Positions 33,543 to 40,873 of a stretch of DNA of 47,472 bases are shown here, one piece after another. The position numbers were made by a program, and so were the translations under genes. The stretch spans positions 1 through 47,472 of the IMG/VR virus record IMGVR_UViG_3300020003_000003; one strand, 5' to 3'. The notes under the pieces are model-generated. The model worked only from the letters and a program-made list of their open reading frames with translations, had not been told where the DNA came from and searched no databases. Source of the DNA: a virus. Lineage: Duplodnaviria > Caudoviricetes. The stretch's first letter is position 1, and every line of letters starts with the position of its first letter.

Positions 33543-33993
33543 TGTGTAGTCCTCCAAAGAGGGTGAAGCCTACCAGCAGGCCACCCAGCACTATCATCGC
33601 TATGCCTACATCTACCCGCTTACGTAGACTGGACATACCTTCAGCTAGGCTTTCCCCAGTGTCCCTGACCTTGTCTCGCAGAATGCGGGGAAACTCTGCC
33701 TTCTTGGCCTTGAAGTGGTCCATAGTCTTGGCCTCTACGAAGCCCATAATCTCTTCCATCGTAGAGGCAGCGAAGGTGCCTATGCCTGGGATGGTGACCA
33801 GGAAGCCCCCACAGCCACACTGCATGATAGTAGGAACGATCGTCTTGACGATGCCGCCCGTAGACAGTTGTGTATCTATAGTCTGCTGCATTGATTGTGC
33901 CTCTCTACCGATAGGTGGCAATCCGTCCCAGGCCCTCTCACTCTCAGTTGAGGGCTTCCAATCTACGTCTATGTCATCCTCTTGCTTCGACAT
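33328..33993 (-). CDS. Hypothetical protein with one TM helix; C-terminus overlaps the next gene
   Basis: GIAMIVLGGLLVGFTLFGG; the last ~70 codons overlap the Zn-ribbon gene. Confidence 0.5.
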   Translation of the reverse strand: MSKQEDDIDVDWKPSTESERAWDGLPPIGREAQSMQQTIDTQLSTGGIVKTIVPTIMQCGCGGFLVTIPGIGTFAASTMEEIMGFVEAKTMDHFKAKKAEFPRILRDKVRDTGESLAEGMSSLRKRVDVGIAMIVLGGLLVGFTLFGGLHNEGQERTGSAKAANGSPIQDGVRSGKIARGEGPPLLPEIQLLKVRPTPNDGDAQRLSQDGLLRPVWGGNGH

Positions 33994-34330
33994 TCCCCGT
34001 CTCCTCTGCTTGACTTAGGACTATGGGTCTAGACACATATCGGGCCATAGCACCGTCGTAAACGAGGTAGTTTATACGTCCGAACTTGAATGCTAGGATG
34101 CTAGCTGCAATAGCATTGACTGTGCTAGGCCCACTGATCAGTAGATAGTCCCCCGGCCCTGCGTTGGCTAGCTTACCTTCTATACGCCTATATAAATCGT
34201 TGATCTTAAAACGATCTTGTACGCCTTCTGTCAAGAATACCAGTTCCCCGAAGCGGTTGGCATCGGAGAAGTCATGATAGGATTTGTTAGGAACGAACAC
34301 CTTAGGGTGTCGTATTTCATGGAAGGGCAT
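33974..34330 (-). CDS. Small alpha/beta (Rossmann-like) protein
   Basis: VFVPN...HDFS.A.RFGELVFL...DYLLISGP...LVYD. Confidence 0.65.
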   Translation of the reverse strand: MPFHEIRHPKVFVPNKSYHDFSDANRFGELVFLTEGVQDRFKINDLYRRIEGKLANAGPGDYLLISGPSTVNAIAASILAFKFGRINYLVYDGAMARYVSRPIVLSQAEETGNVEARG

Positions 34331-34447
34331 TTCTACCTTGTTCTCTTGTCAAGCGGGGCTCCAGAGGAATGAGGGATACCCCCGGAGCCCCTATTCACCC
34401 AGTCAACGCTGCGGGAAGCGTGAAGAGCTGACTGGGTGAGTTCCTGG

Positions 34448-34789
34448 TTAGTTAGCTCTAGCCCTGATCTCCTTGGCCAGAGCGGTCCTGTCAGCCGGAG
34501 ACATGCGGGCGATCTCTTCCCGAGCACGCTCTAGCGGCGACTTTGCCGCCTTTCTCAAGCCGGGCTTCCACTCGGCAACGGCCGCTTGGATTTCCTCAGG
34601 CGACTTCCCCGCGTCGAGCATACCTCGCATGAATGCCTGAACGGCAATAATCAGACTGCGCTTGACGTGACTGAAGATCACGTCCTCGCCAAACTGCTCT
34701 TGGAGGGCGGCCACTGTGTCGCCCAGCTCCCAGTTTGCAGTCACTGAGTTGCCGTTGGTACGCTCTGCTTTCACTTCGATAGCTGCCAC
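34448..34789 (-). CDS. Hypothetical protein
   Basis: AAGGAG RBS with GTG start; biased codon usage. Confidence 0.68.
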   Translation of the reverse strand: MAAIEVKAERTNGNSVTANWELGDTVAALQEQFGEDVIFSHVKRSLIIAVQAFMRGMLDAGKSPEEIQAAVAEWKPGLRKAAKSPLERAREEIARMSPADRTALAKEIRARAN

Positions 34790-34862
34790 TTTTTCTCTCC
34801 TTTGTTAGGCGTGCCGCATGGCACAACCGACACGCCATTTATGGCACCGGCAGCGCCATATT

Positions 34863-35147
34863 TCAATCAGTTTTTTTAGGCAGATCATTGTCTCCTTTCA
34901 ACTTGGCTTGGCTCTTTCGCTTCTGTTCACGCCATCTAGCACGAACCTCTTCAGATGACTTGAACTTTCCCTTCCTTGGTCCTGTCTTGTAGGTATCATG
35001 CACAAGTGCAACTTCCCGAGCCACAGCTACCCACTTCATCTGATAGTCGTGGGCCAGGTTGTCGAAGAAAACCTGAGGCTGCTGCTGATAAAAGGCGTTG
35101 TAAGCAGCCTCAGCCATGAGGTAGTCCTTAGGTTTCTTGTCTGCCAT
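34863..35147 (-). CDS. Hypothetical protein with basic C-terminus
   Basis: Start MADKKPK follows the AGGCAACACA motif. Confidence 0.55.
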   Translation of the reverse strand: MADKKPKDYLMAEAAYNAFYQQQPQVFFDNLAHDYQMKWVAVAREVALVHDTYKTGPRKGKFKSSEEVRARWREQKRKSQAKLKGDNDLPKKTD

Positions 35148-35158
35148 TGTGTTGCCTA

Positions 35159-35485
35159 TCAGTAGGGACAGCCCACTACCAAGCCACCCGCAGTAACCCA
35201 CTTACCCATATCAAGCGGATGGAGGGCATCTGGCTTTAGGGTGATCCTGTCGGCAGGAACGACTAGGATATTATAGGGAGAACCATCCCGCTGGAACTCG
35301 TCTCCATAGGATAATCCATATGTAAGAGTTCCATGATGGCTTGTATTCTGCCAAGGTCCTTGGTTGGAAGGATAGTACATGATGGCACAGTTTCCTACTA
35401 CATGCAGGTCACCGTATAGCGTGCGAGGAGGTTCTGATTGGTAGTTAACCAGAAGCCTGCAGCCAGTCTTGACGATTGTGCTCAT
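35159..35485 (-). CDS. Hypothetical protein
   Basis: AGGATAACACA-ATG start context. Confidence 0.55.
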   Translation of the reverse strand: MSTIVKTGCRLLVNYQSEPPRTLYGDLHVVGNCAIMYYPSNQGPWQNTSHHGTLTYGLSYGDEFQRDGSPYNILVVPADRITLKPDALHPLDMGKWVTAGGLVVGCPY

Positions 35486-35545
35486 TGTGTTATCCTACTG
35501 TGTATTTGTAGTACCTTATCCAGTGTCGCCAGGCATACCGAAAGA

Positions 35546-35761
35546 TCACTTCTTGACGAGCCTCCATTCTAGACCAACAGCCGCCGCTACTCCCACCATA
35601 GTCATATGGTTAGGATAACGGGTCTTGCCCGACCGAAGCCGGGCAATGGTCCCTCTGCAGAGGAAGGTCTTGTGGTAGATGTCGGCATCGGAGTAGCTAT
35701 CTGTCTGGGCAACTAGCTTCTCGATGTCGTTGTCCCGCTTGGGTTTCTTAGGCCTGGTCAT
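35546..35761 (-). CDS. Cro/XRE-like HTH protein
   Basis: SDADIY.KT.LCRGTIARLRSGKTRYP...T...VA.AVGL. Confidence 0.65.
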   Translation of the reverse strand: MTRPKKPKRDNDIEKLVAQTDSYSDADIYHKTFLCRGTIARLRSGKTRYPNHMTMVGVAAAVGLEWRLVKK

Positions 35762-36017
35762 GACCCACCTCCGGCTTCTCGTCGTTAATCTTATGTAGTT
35801 GTTCCATAATAACGTCAGGCGGTTCCATTACTGTGATTTCGTAATTAGGAATATTCATAGTTAGCTCAGTTACATTCACTGGATCGCTATGAGGAATAGG
35901 GATAAAGCCAAGTCGCATCTCCTGTACTCGGCTCATGTTGACCCAGCACGATCTACTCGTGACCGCTCCAGCGCCATCCACCGCTACCTCGGTCAGTTCT
36001 ACAAAGATATTCTTCAT
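35748..36017 (-). CDS. Hypothetical beta-rich protein
   Basis: AAGGAACACAAG-ATG start context; FVELT...WVN...V...V.EP...I pattern. Confidence 0.6.
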   Translation of the reverse strand: MKNIFVELTEVAVDGAGAVTSRSCWVNMSRVQEMRLGFIPIPHSDPVNVTELTMNIPNYEITVMEPPDVIMEQLHKINDEKPEVGHDQA

Positions 36018-36030
36018 CTTGTGTTCCTTG

Positions 36031-36150
36031 TTACGTTGTTGGTAGACCTACGAAGAGGACTATGAAAGCCAGGTAGGTTAGGCTAAGCCATGCTAGCGTT
36101 AGCCAGAACCAGAGAGATATCCAACTCTTAGTTTCAGCGTCTATATCCAT
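36031..36150 (-). CDS. 39-aa membrane peptide (not in the ORF track)
   Basis: MDIDAETKSWISLWFWLTLAWLSLTYLAFIVLFVGLPTT; fills the gap exactly. Confidence 0.5.
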   Translation of the reverse strand: MDIDAETKSWISLWFWLTLAWLSLTYLAFIVLFVGLPTT

Positions 36151-36359
36151 TCTGCCGCCTTTCTCTCCTTCAGGAATATCTTAAGTTCCTTGACTTCATC
36201 CAAGGACTTTATCATCTTGGTGCTGTCAAGTTCAGGAGCACAGAGTTTAGTTAGAAGATGCATCAGGATGATTGTGCCTTCTTCTCCATCCCCGTCGGTC
36301 AGGAAATCAAGAAGGTTCTGCATCTTGGCGACCTTTACCATAGTCGGGTCTTTTGTCAT
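36141..36359 (-). CDS. Hypothetical protein
   Basis: ATGA-coupled start MTKDPTM. Confidence 0.5.
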   Translation of the reverse strand: MTKDPTMVKVAKMQNLLDFLTDGDGEEGTIILMHLLTKLCAPELDSTKMIKSLDEVKELKIFLKERKAAEWI

Positions 36360-36496
36360 GTCCATACCCATAGGAGGTTAACAATCAAGCCTGCTACTGC
36401 GATGATCCTATGATCGTGGTCGAGGATAGCCAGCAGGGTTACCACTACCAGACCAAGGGTGACTAGCCAATCATGTTCCTTGTGTCGCACGATCAC
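36356..36496 (-). CDS. 46-aa two-TM peptide (not in the ORF track)
   Basis: GTGA and ATGA overlaps at both ends; MIVRHKEHDWLVTLGLVVVTLLAILDHDHRIIAVAGLIVNLLWVWT. Confidence 0.5.
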   Translation of the reverse strand: MIVRHKEHDWLVTLGLVVVTLLAILDHDHRIIAVAGLIVNLLWVWT

Positions 36497-36720
36497 TCTC
36501 CCTCTCCAATGAAGATAGATATAGCGATGAGGAAGGCCAGGAGGGCGGCAGCCCCCACATACATCTCCTTAGCTCCGATGACTATGGCGCTGAAGTAGAG
36601 AAAGTGGAGAAGGCCCTCCCAAGCATGGACCTTCTTCCATGCCTTGGAGGTGATCCAGTGGCGGATCAGATCATATTCGTAGCGATATAGCTTGATCCCA
36701 TGTAGGAGGAGGCGTCGCAT
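36493..36720 (-). CDS. Small membrane protein
   Basis: AAGGA RBS; two hydrophobic segments. Confidence 0.55.
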   Translation of the reverse strand: MRRLLLHGIKLYRYEYDLIRHWITSKAWKKVHAWEGLLHFLYFSAIVIGAKEMYVGAAALLAFLIAISIFIGEGE

Positions 36721-36858
36721 CTTGTTTGATCCTTGTGGATATTGTACGTGGGCGGAGGATCGCCTGGGAGGCCTGTGGATGGCCCCACGGGTGGGGGGCA
36801 TAGCCCCCCGTCCCCGAGGCCGGATCGCGACGGCCGGGCAGCCTGGGCAGGCCCGCGA

Positions 36859-37068
36859 TCATTCCGGGTCATCGGCCTCCCCCGCGAGCTTCTCCCGCGC
36901 TGTGTCAATAAAGACAATGGCATCTGTGACATTTCCAAACTTAGTTTGAGCCTCCTCTGACTCATCTCCATCACCCTCCATCTCGTCAGCGATGGATTGC
37001 AGTTCGTCTGAGTGTACTGCTAGTGACATTATGATACGCTTCAGGATAGTATCGCGATCGTCTGCCAT
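36859..37068 (-). CDS. Small acidic helical protein
   Basis: GGGAG RBS; start MADDRDTIL. Confidence 0.55.
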   Translation of the reverse strand: MADDRDTILKRIIMSLAVHSDELQSIADEMEGDGDESEEAQTKFGNVTDAIVFIDTAREKLAGEADDPE

Positions 37069-37087
37069 TTTGGAACTCCCGTGTTGA

Positions 37088-37125
37088 CAACAAAAAGGGT
37101 CTGCCCCGGCGCAAGAGGCAGACCC
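37088..37125 (-). terminator. Rho-independent terminator
   Basis: GGGTCTGCC-loop-GGCAGACCC followed by TTTTTGTT, after the 37140 stop. Confidence 0.75.
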
Positions 37126-37139
37126 CATGCTAGTCTAGG

Positions 37140-37367
37140 CTAGGCAACGGCCTCTTCGGCTTGCCGCTCAGCCTCGTCCTCGTTCTCCGGGTCGATGTAG
37201 CCGGCCTCGACCGCCCAGTGGGCAGCCATGGTGCAGGCCATGAACTTGGAGAGACCGACTGCCTTCAACGCCCTGACGGCGACGTTGAGAGCCTCAATAG
37301 CATCCCCTTCTTCGATACCGGAAAGGAACGTCTCCTTGATGGTATTCACATCTGCGATCTTGGTCAT
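37140..37367 (-). CDS. Small acidic protein
   Basis: AAGGAG RBS; biased codon usage. Confidence 0.65.
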   Translation of the reverse strand: MTKIADVNTIKETFLSGIEEGDAIEALNVAVRALKAVGLSKFMACTMAAHWAVEAGYIDPENEDEAERQAEEAVA

Positions 37368-37477
37368 TGTAGACTCCTTGTAGGCCCCGCTGTGGGAAGT
37401 GGGGCAGGCCAGGACGCGGGGTGTGACCCAGCCTGCCCCTATGGTGGAGAACCGAGAGAGAACTCCACCAATCTGGG

Positions 37478-37744
37478 TTACTTCTTGGAGGGCTCTGTCT
37501 TGACAGGGGCGCTGGGCTTCTGCTGCTCCTGCCGCGTTGGGCTAGTGCCTGGCTTACCTGCGTCCTTGGACTCAGGCACCGTGCCAACAGCAAGGTCGAA
37601 CATCCTCTTATAGTCCTCCAGCTCACCTGAGCCGGTGGCCCTCAGTTGATTGTTCTCCTTGACAGTGACCTGCATCTTGCCGCCACCCCTCTCGAAGGCG
37701 ATCACATAGTTGTTACTCAACTGTATGATATGCTGGGTCTGCAT
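37478..37744 (-). CDS. Hypothetical protein
   Basis: AGGAGACACAAC-ATG start context. Confidence 0.62.
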   Translation of the reverse strand: MQTQHIIQLSNNYVIAFERGGGKMQVTVKENNQLRATGSGELEDYKRMFDLAVGTVPESKDAGKPGTSPTRQEQQKPSAPVKTEPSKK

Positions 37745-37874
37745 GTTGTGTCTCCTGATCCTGCGAGATGGTTCTCGCCTTGTTAGCTTTGTTTAGGAGC
37801 ATTAGGGTACGTACTATCAAGTGGATGAAGCTCAGCTCCCGAGCAGTCAGTCGTAGCTCGAACTCTTCCTCCAT
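37713..37874 (-). CDS. 53-aa hypothetical protein (not in the ORF track)
   Basis: GGAG RBS; MEEEFELRLTARELSFIHLIV... Confidence 0.45.
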   Translation of the reverse strand: MEEEFELRLTARELSFIHLIVRTLMLLNKANKARTISQDQETQHADPAYHTVE

Positions 37875-37888
37875 AGCAGCAATTCTCC

Positions 37889-37924
37889 AAACGCAAAAGG
37901 CCCTCGGCCTTGCGGCCGAGAGCC
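37889..37924 (-). terminator. Rho-independent terminator
   Basis: GGCTCTCGGCC-GCAA-GGCCGAGGGCC followed by TTTTGCGTTT. Confidence 0.8.
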
Positions 37925-37933
37925 CAGTGCTTG

Positions 37934-38137
37934 TTAGTCTTGTACTTTCTCAACCCTAATGTAGGTGCCGCTCACGCCTTTCTGCTCAGCTACAAGACGA
38001 TAGCCACGTTCTTGCAGGTTCACAGCTAGGACCTCAAACAGGCGAGGATGTGTGCTAGCATGTTGAGATAGAAGTGTTACTAAACCCTCGACTACATGAA
38101 GGTCTAGCAGATCGGAGCGTTTAAGAGCAGTTGTCAT
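37934..38137 (-). CDS. Hypothetical protein
   Basis: GGAGG RBS. Confidence 0.55.
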   Translation of the reverse strand: MTTALKRSDLLDLHVVEGLVTLLSQHASTHPRLFEVLAVNLQERGYRLVAEQKGVSGTYIRVEKVQD

Positions 38138-38209
38138 GTTGTGCCGCCTCCTAGAACGGCGATCCAGTGGGAGGCATCGGGGGACGGGCTTGACCGTCCC
38201 CCTGGCTTG

Positions 38210-38461
38210 TCAGTCTTGTAGCCGGGCTCTATAACGACGGGAGGCCGCTGCCCGACAGATGCGGCACTCCACCTTGCCATTTCGCCGTCGATAGGCATTC
38301 CTGCCCTCAACCCTGTGCCCATGGCGGCACAGACGCCCCGGTCTCAAGAGACCGAGATTGGCAACCACTTCCATGTCCTCTTGGGAGGCCCCAACATGGA
38401 AGTCGGCAATGGGTGATGGCTCTGGGGATGGGAGAAGCCATCTCTGTAGGGATGTAAACAT
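38210..38461 (-). CDS. Protein with CxxGH...CxxC Zn-finger of the type appended to HNH nucleases
   Basis: CRHGH....NAY......ECRIC; GGAGG RBS before 38461. Confidence 0.55.
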   Translation of the reverse strand: MFTSLQRWLLPSPEPSPIADFHVGASQEDMEVVANLGLLRPGRLCRHGHRVEGRNAYRRRNGKVECRICRAAASRRYRARLQD

Positions 38462-38641
38462 AGGTGCCGCCCTCCTTTCGCGGCCTTCCATTGCGGTAGA
38501 GGGCGATTGTACTCTCATAGAACGCCTCACTGTATCCTTGACTAGGCTCGACTCAATGCAGGGGATTTAAGCGGACTTCTACCGCACCTAGTCTGCTCCC
38601 TTTGTCCACAATTCAGAACCGCTGGCGCGGTTGAAAGGGCG

Positions 38642-38680
38642 GCCCTGGCAGGGATGCTAGGCGGGGCGCCTGCCAGGGCC
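38642..38680 (-). other. 12-bp GC-rich intergenic hairpin
   Basis: GGCCCTGGCAGG...CCTGCCAGGGCC just after the 38687 stop. Confidence 0.5.
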
Positions 38681-38686
38681 TAGACG

Positions 38687-38932
38687 CTACTCCGGGGGGT
38701 TTGGAGCAGCGTCAACTGGGTCCTCTTCTGCCAAGGGCTCAACAGGAGGTTTCCAGTCATGCAGTAGACTGGCAATAGCCGCCAGCTTATGATGCGCCTC
38801 TGAGTCCTTGTGGACGTAGAAGCACAGATCAACGGTCTCTTCCATATCGAAGTAGAAGGTGAACCAGTTGGTATCTCCGTAGCCGGAGACGTCCTTCAGG
38901 CGGATGTTATTGACGCTGTGAAGGGATATCAT
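38687..38932 (-). CDS. Hypothetical protein
   Basis: ATGA-coupled to the upstream gene. Confidence 0.55.
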   Translation of the reverse strand: MISLHSVNNIRLKDVSGYGDTNWFTFYFDMEETVDLCFYVHKDSEAHHKLAAIASLLHDWKPPVEPLAEEDPVDAAPNPPE

Positions 38933-39108
38933 AACCTGCCCCTTACGATCCGAAAGGACCCGTTGGTGAAGTAGTCTGAAGCGGCCCATCTGTTCTTGAG
39001 GGCCACCAGTTCAACCCTGGCCTGGAGTTCAGCCTCCTGGGAGGAACCAACCATGCGAAAGGTCAGGGTCTCCCAGTCAGTTCCCGTCTTAACCTGTAAG
39101 ATCAGCAT
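38929..39108 (-). CDS. Hypothetical protein, first gene after the sigma70-like promoter
   Basis: AGGAGG RBS; start MLILQVK. Confidence 0.55.
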   Translation of the reverse strand: MLILQVKTGTDWETLTFRMVGSSQEAELQARVELVALKNRWAASDYFTNGSFRIVRGRL

Positions 39109-39148
39109 AGGCCCCTCCTGATCCTGGCGTGATGTCACTGAAAAAACG

Positions 39149-39177
39149 ATCATAACACATCATGGCGGTAGGGACAA
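39149..39177 (-). promoter_or_regulatory. Sigma70-type early promoter
   Basis: TTGTCC-17 nt-TATGAT with an extended -10 TG, intergenic and upstream of the small-ORF cluster. Confidence 0.68.
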
Positions 39178-39186
39178 GCGATTTAT

Positions 39187-40626
39187 TTAGTGGGGTTCCG
39201 TTGTCTTGCTGGGGCGAAGAGGCACTACCTTGTCGGACTCCTCTACTCCACCTATCAGGGATATTCCTGTATATAGCCTGGCACGACTGCCAGTGCCAGC
39301 AGGTCGGCATTCTCCCAACTCGGGCAGAATAGCCCGTAGATCACGCCCAAATATCTGCGTTGATCCAGCTTGAATACGCTGCTTCATACACCAGTGTTCC
39401 CATGCCAGGAACAATCTCGACTTCTCAATGGAAAGACCAGCCCTGACGTCACAGCGCTCTTCGAGGAAGTCAGCCAGAGGGCTAGATATCTGACGGATGG
39501 CTGCAGCTGTTTCTACAGAGGATACCGGCTGTCTGAAGCGGCCCTGCTCTCTCAATCGCTGATACCCCACAATGGCCCAGTTGAGGATGCCTGGAGCCTC
39601 TTGGGAGAGACGGTCAAAGAGGGTTGGGTCCTCATGGCCGGCGAAGGTTCTGGTTAGCTTCAGAATAACAAATCGTTCCAACAGAGCCCCAGACATATCT
39701 GCTATGGCTGGCAGCTCATTGGTGAAGACGGTGAACCTGGTTGGGAGAGCGCCTATCCACATGCCAGAGAACTTGCGATTGATAGGTATGGCGTCTTCAC
39801 CTGATATTGACAGAAGACGCTCGGCGATGATAGCAGGGTCCATTCGCTTTGAGAACCTGGCATCAGGTATAATGCAGGCAGGCCGTCCTATGAGATGCTG
39901 AAGGCCGAAGGTTTCTCCTAGAGAGGCTAGAGTCAAAGCGGCCACAGAGTCCTTGCCCAGAATTAGGCGCATGATCCTGCCAATAGTGCCCTTTCCTCCA
40001 CGACGAGGTCCAACAATCAGCATAATCTTCTGAAGGCTAGTGTCTGGTGTTAGGTTGTATCCAAACCAGTCTTGGAGGGTATTCTTAGCCTCAACATCAG
40101 TCATGAATACCTCATCCAGAAACTTATGCCATTGACTGGGTCTGGGGGCCCCTGGATCATAGCGGACATCGGAAGCATAGAGATTGAAATAGGTAGGAGT
40201 GTGTGGATACAGTCTGGCTGTGGGGACATGCAGGAGTCCATTGGAGACGGATATAAAGTCTCTAGGGGATAGAGCAGAAAGCTCCGGCGGAGCCCCTGGT
40301 AGCCAAAATGGTGCCTCCTTGCCGTCGTCGATAGAACATACAGCCTTCATGGCGGACAGGATGGAGTTGACTTGTGATTGCTTTGGCTTCACAGCGATCC
40401 TCTTAGTTTTGCCACTATCAATCTCAACAACGCGGTCTGACTCTTCCAAGGTGAGCCAGATATGCCCCCTGACAAACTCGTCTGGAATAGTTCGAAATGT
40501 TCCCTTATAGAAAGCCCAAAATGATCCTCTGTAATAGTGGCCCTCTCTGGGCTTCTTAAACACGATATCTATGATTTTTCTAGCAGATAGGATATGGTCA
40601 TGAGAGTCTATTACATATCGTGACAT
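39187..40626 (-). CDS. P4/D5-type SF3 helicase (D5_N + SF3 ATPase + C-terminal wHTH); no primase domain
   Basis: VSNGLLH, WFGY.L......QK, Walker A GPRRGGKG, ISGED.I.INRK and FTNELP. Confidence 0.87.
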   Translation of the reverse strand: MSRYVIDSHDHILSARKIIDIVFKKPREGHYYRGSFWAFYKGTFRTIPDEFVRGHIWLTLEESDRVVEIDSGKTKRIAVKPKQSQVNSILSAMKAVCSIDDGKEAPFWLPGAPPELSALSPRDFISVSNGLLHVPTARLYPHTPTYFNLYASDVRYDPGAPRPSQWHKFLDEVFMTDVEAKNTLQDWFGYNLTPDTSLQKIMLIVGPRRGGKGTIGRIMRLILGKDSVAALTLASLGETFGLQHLIGRPACIIPDARFSKRMDPAIIAERLLSISGEDAIPINRKFSGMWIGALPTRFTVFTNELPAIADMSGALLERFVILKLTRTFAGHEDPTLFDRLSQEAPGILNWAIVGYQRLREQGRFRQPVSSVETAAAIRQISSPLADFLEERCDVRAGLSIEKSRLFLAWEHWCMKQRIQAGSTQIFGRDLRAILPELGECRPAGTGSRARLYTGISLIGGVEESDKVVPLRPSKTTEPH

Positions 40627-40654
40627 ACTGGTTGCCCTATTTTGAACACAGTCC

Positions 40655-40762
40655 CCAGTCCCATCCGGTCCACGGTCGGGTCCTTATTGTACCCCCCATT
40701 ATATAGGCCTCAATTTAATCGATACCACAAGAAGGGCAAGACCGCGGACCGGGCGGGACCGG
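40655..40762. repeat. 36-bp imperfect inverted repeat around an AT-rich spacer (candidate replication origin)
   Basis: 40655-40690 vs the reverse complement of 40727-40762 match at 28/36 positions; GGTCC-like units. Confidence 0.6.
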
Positions 40763-40841
40763 ATATAAATTTAGGAGCCAATAGGCCACATATGGAGCTG
40801 ATATGCTGCATATCTAGGTGCCAATTGCACATAGTGACGAT

Positions 40842-40873
40842 GATCAAAATTTGATTGGGGTCTCTGGTTGACA
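40842..40873 (+). promoter_or_regulatory. 24-bp repeated element abutting a TTGACA -35 box
   Basis: GATCAAAATTTGATTGGGGTCTCT (40842-40865), then TTGACA at 40868-40873. Confidence 0.6.
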
